Assembly (NCBI GenBank): GCA_964019425.1
Contig: OZ025796.1
Location: 682,001 to 746,000 of the forward strand
Reading direction: 5' to 3'
Origin: Flectonema sp. DT1601
Lineage: Eukaryota
Length of the DNA: 64,000 bases
The notes below the pieces were generated by a model. That model was not told the DNA's origin, made no database searches, and worked only from the letters and a program-made list of their open reading frames with translations. Of this stretch, positions 1 through 9,475 are shown in pieces (the stretch's first letter is position 1; each line of letters opens with the position of its first letter). The position numbers and the translations under genes were made by a program.

Positions 1-2483
1 TGATTGTATCTCGAAGGCGCATCAGCGGGATTTTCAGCAGATGGTACGTACTTTACATGAAGGACAGAACTCGACTTCTCAAGTCCCGCCAACATCATCT
101 CTAGCATCGGAGACGCCTGTTCCACTAGAGTGTATCCACGTTTAACCGCAGCAATCACAGCAACGTTGTCAACCGCGGCATGTATGTCGAGGAGTTGATG
201 ATTCAATTCAATGACCTTGAGAACTCCATAGCACAGAGCATACATTTCCTTCACGTAAATATCGTATCCCTGAGGATTCACGAAGGAACCCCAAAATTCC
301 TCAAAAGAAGCCAACAAGACAACTCCCCAACCAGAACCACTAGCATCAGTGGCGATTCTTATCACCTTGCGTTCTGGATCGATCACCCATGTTGCCCATT
401 CGTTTTTGAAGAGCGCAGAGAACTGCACTTCAATGTACTTCGCGATTGGTTCAACAGATGTCAATTCAGTCCACGGACGTCCCAGGGCTGCAGTACGTGA
501 CATCCAAGTAAGAATGGGGCGCAGAAATCTCATCAGACCGCCAAGAGCATAGAAACGCCACACCAAAATCCCACAAATCTTCCATGCGACACGAATCGGA
601 ATAGGCTTTTCCAACAATGAAGTAATTGCAATCAGCTTCTGAGTCCACTCGGAACGACAACGTATACGTTTACGTTCGAGGTCCCATTCAATCCCAAACG
701 CAGTCAGTTTCGTACCCACAGGATCAACATCCCCAAGTACAACTCGATATCTCTGGCAGAGTAATCTAAATTTAAGTCCAACTTCTTCAAGCTGACCCTT
801 TTCATCAGACACAAAGACAACATTATCCATCCAAACCAGAAACCGAACAGACAGACCCGAAGTTGCAACTTCTGCGAGTTTCTCAGCAAACCTCTGACCC
901 GCCTGCGGGGTGCACTTGAATCCCATAGGTGCTCGTTTCATACGTAACAGACGATTACCAACTCGAAATCCAAAGATGTTTCTTATCTCCGTAGGAAGTA
1001 GAAATTGAAAGTAAAACGATTTAAAATCAAACTGTGAAATCCACTCAGAACTCATTATCGTGTTGCGAATAGTCTGATACGAAGGCAAAGCACACTTGGG
1101 AATGACGACACCGTCCAGTGCTTTATTGACCCCTTTTGGGTTCAAAATAAAACGAAGAGCTCCAGGTTGTTTCTTTTTGACACAGAAGGCACCACTCAGA
1201 ATACGGCTTTTACACGAATGTGGAATCGATTCAGCAATGTCAAGGTCAATTAAGCGTTGAACATGAGGCTCTAGTAGTTTGTTCGGAGGACCCATTGCAC
1301 CTTTTTTTAAGGATGTGATGTGCCCACCAACGTCTAAAATCCATTTAAAATTGTCTTTGCACTCTGGATAGTCGTGCAGAAATGAATCTAAATCAATATG
1401 AGTCAGAGGTGACGAAGCGATCTCCCCTTCATAACAAGCCCTCCTTGCACGCGGAACGCCTGCTTCATCGAGCCATTCGGAAAAAGAGTCTGCATATCCA
1501 TAATCATCCATCGCACATTCGAGTGAAGACATCCCTCTAGGCCAGATATCCACGTTCAAATCTTCTGCAGCAGGTCTGTCGGCTGTAGGGAGTTCTTCGT
1601 GCCCTTCCAGGTCTCGTGAGGAATGTATTTGAGCGTTGACACGTCGGACTTGTGCCTGGCCAAGGTCTGAGCTGCGTCCTGTCCTATCTTTGTCGCGACA
1701 AAACCTAGTGCGGAATGTCTGACATAATGCGAGGTCGTCGCGATACGCCTCTTCAAAAACGCGTTGTAGTTGGATAGTGTCAAACCTGGAAAGATTTGGC
1801 TGTCGCCCTGCAGTGTAGTCAGCCAACGTCTCAGAATCTGGAAAAACGGACCGGTCGTATTGATCAATAGACCCTGTCCTTGGGCCCTGATGTCCGTCTT
1901 TCCCGCTACAAGAGTGATCAACGTCTGATTCCCTTTGATTGTACGAATGTGATGAACGCAGAGAAGTTCGAGATCCCGAAACCGACAAGCAAGCATCCAC
2001 TGACACGCTAATGCAACTTTTGGCCTCACCAGGGTAGTCGAGTTGTCGAAAACCACACTTCGAATCATGTCCGGAGTCGGTATCTTCGCAAGCATGGTCT
2101 GTCGTCTCTCCCACTCGCGTGACTCGCGAAGCAGAAATCGTCGGTACGCATCCTGCTCTGCAATTGCAGCCATCGCACGACAAACGAAGTATTGTCTCGC
2201 CGAATCGGTCGAGATGTCGCCGGCTTCCCTCTTCAGCTGAATCCAGAGAGTGAACGATTCCTCTTCCTCCAACTCCGGTTCGACCTTCAACACTTGGTTG
2301 TGGAACCTGGCCCACTGACCCATCACGGATTTGATGGACTCTACAGTCTTGGGGGCATAGCACGCCAGAGTAGCCGTCTTCACTCTTTCCCGTAGAATTT
2401 GAAGCTCCCCAACATCGGAGATGGTTGGTTGAGGTTTTTGCGGACGACCCCGAAGCTTCCCTACCACCGTGGGTAACATTCAT
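1..2483 (-). CDS. RT-RNase H ORF of YR element 1 (not in the ORF track because its stop lies outside the window)
   Basis: Manual translation shows no stop from 2525 to position 1. ATG at 2483; alternative ATG at 1532. Motifs: AFCVKKKQPGALRFILNP, FDFKSFYFQ, PMGFKCTP, VWMDNV, ATDASGSGWG, VDNVAV, YVPSAENPADAPSR. Confidence 0.88.
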   Translation of the reverse strand, partial: MNVTHGGREASGSSAKTSTNHLRCWGASNSTGKSEDGYSGVLCPQDCRVHQIRDGSVGQVPQPSVEGRTGVGGRGIVHSLDSAEEGSRRHLDRFGETILRLSCDGCNCRAGCVPTISASRVTRVGETTDHACEDTDSGHDSKCGFRQLDYPGEAKSCISVSVDACLSVSGSRTSLRSSHSYNQRESDVDHSCSGKDGHQGPRTGSIDQYDRSVFPDSETLADYTAGRQPNLSRFDTIQLQRVFEEAYRDDLALCQTFRTRFCRDKDRTGRSSDLGQAQVRRVNAQIHSSRDLEGHEELPTADRPAAEDLNVDIWPRGMSSLECAMDDYGYADSFSEWLDEAGVPRARRACYEGEIASSPLTHIDLDSFLHDYPECKDNFKWILDVGGHITSLKKGAMGPPNKLLEPHVQRLIDLDIAESIPHSCKSRILSGAFCVKKKQPGALRFILNPKGVNKALDGVVIPKCALPSYQTIRNTIMSSEWISQFDFKSFYFQFLLPTEIRNIFGFRVGNRLLRMKRAPMGFKCTPQAGQRFAEKLAEVATSGLSVRFLVWMDNVVFVSDEKGQLEEVGLKFRLLCQRYRVVLGDVDPVGTKLTAFGIEWDLERKRIRCRSEWTQKLIAITSLLEKPIPIRVAWKICGILVWRFYALGGLMRFLRPILTWMSRTAALGRPWTELTSVEPIAKYIEVQFSALFKNEWATWVIDPERKVIRIATDASGSGWGVVLLASFEEFWGSFVNPQGYDIYVKEMYALCYGVLKVIELNHQLLDIHAAVDNVAVIAAVKRGYTLVEQASPMLEMMLAGLEKSSSVLHVKYVPSAENPADAPSRYN
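1556..2479 (-). CDS. Tyrosine recombinase (YR)
   Basis: Catalytic set ACRFRD, GKTD, HYVRH, ARHKS, LKYI (R-K-HxxR-H-Y). Confidence 0.9.
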   Translation of the reverse strand: MLPTVVGKLRGRPQKPQPTISDVGELQILRERVKTATLACYAPKTVESIKSVMGQWARFHNQVLKVEPELEEEESFTLWIQLKREAGDISTDSARQYFVCRAMAAIAEQDAYRRFLLRESREWERRQTMLAKIPTPDMIRSVVFDNSTTLVRPKVALACQWMLACRFRDLELLCVHHIRTIKGNQTLITLVAGKTDIRAQGQGLLINTTGPFFQILRRWLTTLQGDSQIFPGLTLSNYNAFLKRRIATTSHYVRHSALGFVATKIGQDAAQTLARHKSDVSTLKYIPHETWKGTKNSLQPTDLLQKI

Positions 2484-3319
2484 TGCGAATGTCGGGACTT
2501 CCCTCCCTTGGACAACCGGAAAGCTTCAGTCTTCACTGATTTTGCCTTCGATCTCCGATCCGCGGAATCTGCTTCCAGCAGAGCACTCCGGAACTTCATC
2601 GCCGTGATCTCCGCATGTCCCACCGCGTTTAAAGACTCCTGAAACGCTATTACAGCCTCCTGCGAAAGTCCGTGTCGACTCAACCTCAACGCTTCCAGCC
2701 TCGTAACCATTACCTGTAATGAATCTCTAACGTCGCTGCTGCGGTACGCTACAGGCAGCAACGCCTGAATCGCTTCATTCAATACACGGCTCTCGTGTGT
2801 TGATTCCCTTGTGGGCGCGTCCCGCGCTCGTTCAAGGAACGGGCCATAACGGGTGTCCAGCTTCACGGACATTGCCTCCAAGGCCACCGCGTTGTCGATC
2901 GTTGTTCCCCACGTCGTCACGCGGCGAATATCGGTTTTGATCCTCTTGATTCCAGCCCAATCGGCCTCATCAATTGATCTTTTCTCGTTGTGTACTTCTT
3001 CTTCCTGACAAACAATCTTTGACGGGAGAAGACGATCGCCTTTGCTCATCAGCCAGGCACATATTGGACACACCCAATTTGATCGATGTACGAGGAATGG
3101 CGCTGCATTCCTCTCCGTGAGCGTCTCATTCAGACACTGCACAGAACAACGGTGCCCGCATCTCTTGCAATCGAGCTCATCAACATGAGACTCGTCGCAA
3201 TTCGGAAAGATGCAAGCATCCTCGAGTGGGTGACACTGCACTTCTGCAGGCCACTCACTCGCCGTGATTGTGCTCCACTCAACAGTGGAAGGTTCACAAT
3301 GATATCTCGTAGTAGTCAT
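2480..3319 (-). CDS. Gag-like ORF1 with an N-terminal PHD-like zinc finger
   Basis: Position upstream of YR; pattern CIFPNC...CKRCGHRCSVQC...WVCPIC. Confidence 0.7.
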   Translation of the reverse strand: MTTTRYHCEPSTVEWSTITASEWPAEVQCHPLEDACIFPNCDESHVDELDCKRCGHRCSVQCLNETLTERNAAPFLVHRSNWVCPICAWLMSKGDRLLPSKIVCQEEEVHNEKRSIDEADWAGIKRIKTDIRRVTTWGTTIDNAVALEAMSVKLDTRYGPFLERARDAPTRESTHESRVLNEAIQALLPVAYRSSDVRDSLQVMVTRLEALRLSRHGLSQEAVIAFQESLNAVGHAEITAMKFRSALLEADSADRRSKAKSVKTEAFRLSKGGKSRHSQ

Positions 3320-3443
3320 TTTGTGTATTTTTTGTTTGTGCGCAACCGGTAGAAAATCCTAATAAAGGAATAGGTAGTTACGCTGCCACAATTCTCTTTC
3401 TACCGAACAATGGGTTTGTAGGTACAAAAAAAAAAAAATTAAA

Positions 3444-5294
3444 ATGGCTGGAAAGAAAGCAATGCGTCCGCAAGATAGAAGGGCAGCGGAAAGGAGAGAA
3501 AGAGAAAGGAAAGAGGCGAAGAAGATGAGGGAACAGGCCAAAAATGAGATCCGAGAAGAAGAAGGAGACGAAGACGAAGACGTGGTGATGGGAGGATCAC
3601 CAGAAGTATCAGAGGAAGAAATGGAGATGGACTCTCCAGAAGTACCGGAAGGAATCGCAGTAGAGGTGACAGCAGTAGGACCTCCAGCAGTATTTCAAGC
3701 AAGCCCTCAAAACAAGGAGGCAACTCAAACTAAGACAAGCCCTCAAAACAAAGAGGCAACTCAAATAAGCCCTCAAAATATCGAGGCACAAGGAAGTGTT
3801 ATATTACTATCTAAGCAAAGCCCTCCGTCAAATGAGGCACCAAGCCCTCAAATCAAAGAGGCACAAAGATCGAAGACGGTGATTATGACTGGACCACCAC
3901 CGAAGCTTAACAAGGAGCATTTTAATTGCAAGATCCTCCAGCCAACTGATGACCTCAACAGCAAAACCAATGGAATTATACTCTCATTGGCTCAACAAGG
4001 AAGAAGCCTGGACGAAAAATACTTTGAAAAGGCCAGCAAAACGAAGCAACTGACGATGGTGTTCACACGACCACCTCCAAAACGTGCCCTACAACACGCA
4101 ACTGACTGCAGTCAGATACAAACGCCGGTCCAGTTTGATGGACAATTAAGAATAAGAAGCTGGTGGTTCGTTGCTTTGTCTGGCACGATCCACCGGCCAA
4201 CTCTAACAATAGCCAAGAAGATCAACCCACCGGTGACCCACGAATTAATTGCGTGGATAACAACTAAAGAGTTGACCAAGTCACAGGTCCAAAACCCGGC
4301 AGCTGTAACAGCAATTGTCAAAGCTGTTGTGGCACAACACGGAAGAGTCGATCAACGCTCCTACAGATACGTTGGCAAAGACTACGTAGAACTCACTGTT
4401 CTCCCAAACGACGTGGATGCAGCTGTTGCATTATTAAGAAACTCCGGAATAGGAAATGTTTATTTCCGGATCAAATCAGTGGCGGGACAGACACCCACTC
4501 AGTACACTACAGTGTGGCTGGACCGCAAGACAACGAACGAAGAGGCAGTTGGCATACTTAAAGCCCAACATGACCTCTGCCATGGACTCACCATCATTCA
4601 TGGCAAGATTGGATTGAGGGTGGTTTATCAAAAGGATGTTGATAAAGTTAGAAAGGGTGCTGGCAAATATGCATCCGCAGTGTTTGGCGAAGGGCTCCAC
4701 CGTCTCAGTGGAGCACCTTACAGCTGGGGCAACAGACTCCGGAACATCCTATTGGAGATAGGACTGAAGTCGAAGTTTATAAGGATGGATAGAGGTGACT
4801 TTATCATCGCACTGGACAAGAAACCAGAATCAAGGTTTGTACAGTGTGGTGATATTGTCATCCTCATTGAAAAGTTAGAAACAGAAGTGAAGGCGAAGGA
4901 AACAGCGAAACCCGTTGTAGTTAAGTACCGTGAGGCTAGAACATCGTACGCAGCCGCGGTCAAGAGGTCACTCCCAACAACGAAGTAACCAACGGCCGAA
5001 GTTCAGGTTGTAGAAAACAACGTGAACAGCCTGAGAGAGAAAACGAACGAGACAATCGAACGTCTTCAGAAAGAAGTGAAGGACATGCAAGTTCGACTTG
5101 ATGAAGGCATGGCACAGATAACCGGGATTGTAGAAACCCTGGTGCAAACTACGAAAAAGAACGAAGCAGCCAACAACAACATGGCGACAGCCATCACTTC
5201 GCTAATAGAAGCTGTCAAGAGGATTGAGAACAATCTTGGTATGAACAAGATTACTACAAGTGCGACCAACAGGAACAACACTGGCCAATCATGA
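3444..5294 (+). pseudogene. LINE-A ORF1 with a premature stop
   Basis: TAA at 4986-4988 where the intact 620-aa copy (23611-25473) has AAA. Confidence 0.85.
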
Positions 5295-8200
5295 TTGTGA
5301 TTTGGTCAAATAACATTCGCTCAGTTCTGAAACCAGAAAATTACTTTCGATTGAACTGGGCACTGAAAGAAGAAAAGCCTGAAGTAGTACTACTGCAGGA
5401 AACGTGGTTATCAAAAGAAAAACACTTCGCTATTGAAGGATATTCAATCCACAGGAGAGACAGCACCATCAAGTCAGGTCATCGAGGACTCGTCACTCTG
5501 GTCAGAAATGATTTAAATAAGTTAATATTAAAACACCCCGACATCTCACATGACCAAACTGAGATATTAACAGTAGTACTTCAATCTAATCCGCCATTGA
5601 CAATTCACAATGTTTACCACCCGCCTGCAATCAAGGCAACAACATGGAAGTTTAAAACAGAGCCCGGCACATTGATTGCGGGTGACATTAATGGACACCA
5701 TTCAACTTGGTCAAATGGTAATACAAACACCACTGGTAACAGCTTCTACGATTGGTCACTAGAAGCAACAATTCGAGTACTAAATACACCTCAACATCAA
5801 ACAAGACCTCAAAGCTCAGCTTCTCCGGATGTAATTGCATTAGATATTTCTTTGGATGCACAAATCGAACTCATGAAGGGATGGGGCAGCGATCACCTGC
5901 CACTCAAACTGACAATCGAAGATATCAAAATAGATGAATATTCAAAAGAGAGTTCTGGGACGTGGAAATGGAAGTGGCATTGTGCCGATTGGAATTATTA
6001 TAAAATACTGTTGGAAAGGGCAGCGCCCAAATTAGAAAGAATTAAGAATGTACAGAAACTTGCTAATAGGATCAACAACGAGATTCTGAGAGCAGCGAGT
6101 AGGGCCATCCCAGGCTACAACAAGAAGTCAAGTAGTACCTTCGCTGTGAGGGATTCAGAATTGGAAGATTTAATGGCAGAGACTGACCCTGATAAGACAG
6201 ACTCAGAAGCAATTGAAAGAGGTATCAACATGATCAAACAGAAGATCATTGAGTGCGACATGACTGGAATGGACTACCGATGGGCCTTTAGAAAAGTTAA
6301 ACAACTGGAAGGTAGAATGATGGACCATTCAATTACTAAGATTGTCGACGGTGAGAAGGAATTAACTGACCCGCGGGAGATGGCAGATGTCTTCACCAAA
6401 ACATACGCAGACCAATTCAAATTCGAAGACGGTGAACCAACCTTACAAGGAATACCTGATGACAACTCGGTGGAATTTGGAATGCCTGAACTGGAACGAC
6501 AAATTTCAAAAACAAAGGAGAAGAAGGCACCTGGACCTGACCACATCTGGAACTCGATGTTAAAACAACTTCCAAAAGCTTTCCTCGAGCAACTACTAAG
6601 ACTATTCAACCTCTCATGGCAACGATCAGCAGTACCCAGGTGCTGGAAAAGTGGAATGGTAATACCCATACTGAAACCTGATAAAGACAAGAAACAAGTC
6701 TTATCGTACAGACCGATAGCACTAACCTCGACCGTCTCGAAACTCTTTGAAAGAATGGTAGTGGAACGGATGCACCACCTGTTGAAAGACAGAATGAATC
6801 CGAGGCAAGCAGCCTACAAACGAGGACGGGATTCCATTGAAAATCTCTGTATAGTTACAGACAAACTCAAAAGTGCCAAGGCAATGGGAGAAGAAGCGAT
6901 ATTAATCACCTTCGACCTACAAAAAGCCTTTGATGCAGTTCAACCGGTAACTCTTCTAAATAAGATGTCCAAAATAGGACTACCAACGAAATATCTACGG
7001 TGGGTTCAAAACTACTTGACTAGTAGGAAGATTTCAACAAGGGTGAATGGAGTGAAGGGAGCATTCCGGAACATTCGAGTAGGAGTACCACAAGGAAGCG
7101 TGCTGGGACCCCAGTTATTCTCTATCTTCATAAATGATTTGATAGATAAACTAGAGATGTACGAACCGACTGTCTTTGCAGATGATGTTGGAATAGTAAT
7201 AACCGCGGGCACTGTCAGCTGTTTAGAAAACAAGGTTAACAACGCAGTCAAAATATTTGAAAGGTGGGCACTTGACTCACACATCAAAATCAATAAGAAC
7301 CCTGGCAAGACGGAATACATTCACGTGAGGCCAAGTGGAACACATGACAAGTCCCCAGTAGTAGTATACTCTGAAGAACACACATTTAAATATGTGGTGG
7401 CCACGGCAGAACAAATGAGTAACCTTGTGAAGGATGATAACTCAACAACTGTAGTTTCAAAAGAAGAATTCGCCATCACTCACCTGTATGTCGTTCCAAA
7501 ACATAAGATCAAAGTCAAGCTACCGAACAAACCGGCAGTACTGAAAACAATGAAGATGAGTGCCCGCTTCCCACAACTGAAGAAAGTCCACAACAAGGCA
7601 GAAATAGATAAGATGCTGGAAAGAGTGGGACCCGGATTACACGGATTTGCCTATGCGGTTGGACGAAAAGTTCACAAGACGAATACCGTGCGGTATCTAG
7701 GCGTACATTATGACGAGAAGTTAACCTTTAAGTCGCAAATTCAAAAGATGATGACAGCTGCTTCCAAGGGTCTAGGCTTGTTGGTTAGACTCACCAGGAT
7801 AGGCTGCAGAAAGAGGACACTCATCAGTATACTGGTGACGGTGGTGTTAGCAAGGGTGCTTTATGGTGTTGAAAGCTTTGCTTGGATGCTACCAAAAGAG
7901 TGCTTCGAACAACTGGAATTACTGGTAAACAGGGCAGTGAGGCTGGTAACTGGATGTCTGCGGAGCACCAAACTACAGAGACTTTACAAAGAAGCCGACA
8001 CGCCAAGACTGAAGGAACACATCCAGTATAAGATGTGTAGAACTTATGAACGTTTCAAATTGAGTCCGTTCCTACCGACTCGCAAGCTGACGAGAACAGG
8101 GAGTTCAGAATTATTTCAAAAATCGAAATGGGGATGGAATGTCTGGATAGACTATGTCTCTGGTGTCCCTGGCCTTGACAACTACCGGAGCATTACCAAC

Positions 8201-9208
8201 CTGGAAGTGAACCCAGAACACTACACTGTCCCTCCATGGAAAAGTACTAATGCGATGAAATTCACATATTCACGCAACAAGGAAGAGGCTGAACAGCGAG
8301 AAACTGAATTACCAGCTCACGAGATGAAAGTCTACACTGACGGGTCGATAAGACACAAACCCAACACTTACATGACAGACTCGGCTGCCGCTGTGGTCAT
8401 GGTTAACGGAAGCAAGATGCGTCTACTTGGATATAAAATACCAGTAGCGGGTTCCTCTTATAGGACCGAGCAGATTGCAGTAAAAATGGCGTTGGAAAAT
8501 TTAGTTCAGGTGGCGGAGGATGAACATGAATCTCTAACAACAACGACGCACCTGTTGACTGATTCGATGTCAGTCATGCAGGCATTGGAACAAGGGCCAT
8601 ATAAACAAAGGTCCCCAATGAACAAAAAGATCTGGAAGTTGGCAATAAAACTGGAGAAGAAGGGAATCCAAGTCAACATGCAGTATGTACCGGCACACAG
8701 AAACGTGCGGTACAACGAAGTAGCGGACCAACTGGCGAAATTCGCTGCAGGCCTGAAGGAAGATCCACCTCACGAAGATGTTATTATTAAACAACTGCCC
8801 ACTCAACTTGACATGGGAACATTGATGACGTTTCACAAGCGGAGAAAACGGGAGAACTGGATCGGACCGGGAGAGGTAAGACACCCTCCGTACATCGAAG
8901 CTCTAACACGACCAGAGGAAGTACTGATGTCACGCTTTAGAGTGGGACATTGCAGATCTCTGATAATCAAAGGACTGAACGAGCTGTGCTTTTTCTGTAA
9001 ACTTGGAAAGGCGACAGCACATCATGTATTATTTATATGCGAACATTGGTGTATAGAAACCTTGAGGGAAAAATACATCAGTCACATGATGAATGACAAG
9101 GGAGAGGAAGCATGCCAACTGGAGGACTGCTACTTACCTGCGAATCAACAGCAGATGACTGGTTTTGTCACAACCTTAGACAGACTGGCACAACTATTAG
9201 GACGGTAG
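5291..9208 (+). CDS. LINE-A ORF2: APE endonuclease, RT, RNase H, CCHC finger (1305 aa)
   Basis: LQETW, GDINGH, SDHLP; APGPD, YRPIAL, DLQKAFD, GVPQGSVLGP, FADD, YLG; YTDGS, HRNVRYNEVAD; CFFC-x8-H-x4-C. Confidence 0.95.
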   Translation: MIVIWSNNIRSVLKPENYFRLNWALKEEKPEVVLLQETWLSKEKHFAIEGYSIHRRDSTIKSGHRGLVTLVRNDLNKLILKHPDISHDQTEILTVVLQSNPPLTIHNVYHPPAIKATTWKFKTEPGTLIAGDINGHHSTWSNGNTNTTGNSFYDWSLEATIRVLNTPQHQTRPQSSASPDVIALDISLDAQIELMKGWGSDHLPLKLTIEDIKIDEYSKESSGTWKWKWHCADWNYYKILLERAAPKLERIKNVQKLANRINNEILRAASRAIPGYNKKSSSTFAVRDSELEDLMAETDPDKTDSEAIERGINMIKQKIIECDMTGMDYRWAFRKVKQLEGRMMDHSITKIVDGEKELTDPREMADVFTKTYADQFKFEDGEPTLQGIPDDNSVEFGMPELERQISKTKEKKAPGPDHIWNSMLKQLPKAFLEQLLRLFNLSWQRSAVPRCWKSGMVIPILKPDKDKKQVLSYRPIALTSTVSKLFERMVVERMHHLLKDRMNPRQAAYKRGRDSIENLCIVTDKLKSAKAMGEEAILITFDLQKAFDAVQPVTLLNKMSKIGLPTKYLRWVQNYLTSRKISTRVNGVKGAFRNIRVGVPQGSVLGPQLFSIFINDLIDKLEMYEPTVFADDVGIVITAGTVSCLENKVNNAVKIFERWALDSHIKINKNPGKTEYIHVRPSGTHDKSPVVVYSEEHTFKYVVATAEQMSNLVKDDNSTTVVSKEEFAITHLYVVPKHKIKVKLPNKPAVLKTMKMSARFPQLKKVHNKAEIDKMLERVGPGLHGFAYAVGRKVHKTNTVRYLGVHYDEKLTFKSQIQKMMTAASKGLGLLVRLTRIGCRKRTLISILVTVVLARVLYGVESFAWMLPKECFEQLELLVNRAVRLVTGCLRSTKLQRLYKEADTPRLKEHIQYKMCRTYERFKLSPFLPTRKLTRTGSSELFQKSKWGWNVWIDYVSGVPGLDNYRSITNLEVNPEHYTVPPWKSTNAMKFTYSRNKEEAEQRETELPAHEMKVYTDGSIRHKPNTYMTDSAAAVVMVNGSKMRLLGYKIPVAGSSYRTEQIAVKMALENLVQVAEDEHESLTTTTHLLTDSMSVMQALEQGPYKQRSPMNKKIWKLAIKLEKKGIQVNMQYVPAHRNVRYNEVADQLAKFAAGLKEDPPHEDVIIKQLPTQLDMGTLMTFHKRRKRENWIGPGEVRHPPYIEALTRPEEVLMSRFRVGHCRSLIIKGLNELCFFCKLGKATAHHVLFICEHWCIETLREKYISHMMNDKGEEACQLEDCYLPANQQQMTGFVTTLDRLAQLLGR

Positions 9209-9475
9209 TATTATTAAAACATCGACATTTCGAATATCAACATTGAAGGCATCATTGCCACACATCTGAAGTCGTCCAAGTGGACAATTTATTCTGTAGT
9301 ATTAGTTTTAAGTTATCAAAACAAAGAAAGGAGATACGAAGCCTACGGGATTCCCACCCAACCCCCAAAACAAAGAAAGTAAGAAAGAAAGAAAGAAAAA
9401 GAACAACCGCGCCTAACAGCGCAATCAGCATCACAGACTCACGGGTCGTGGTGCACACAAAAAAAAAAAAAAAAA

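Larger units (their letters stand above)
1..3420 (-). mobile_element. Tyrosine-recombinase retrotransposon 1 (DIRS/VIPER/TATE-like), running off the window start
   Basis: Order gag-like, YR, RT-RNase H on the minus strand; all three frames intact within the window. The 5' boundary is approximate (abuts LINE-A copy 1). Confidence 0.9.
3425..9475 (+). mobile_element. Non-LTR retrotransposon family A, full-length copy 1 (Ingi/I-group-like domain set)
   Basis: ORF1 + ORF2 + 3' UTR + poly(A); near-identical to 23593-29654. Confidence 0.95.

Noticed and set aside
3683..3862. SPQ-containing repeats (caagccctcaaa) as a DNA-level element
   Set aside because: In-frame low-complexity repeats inside LINE-A ORF1
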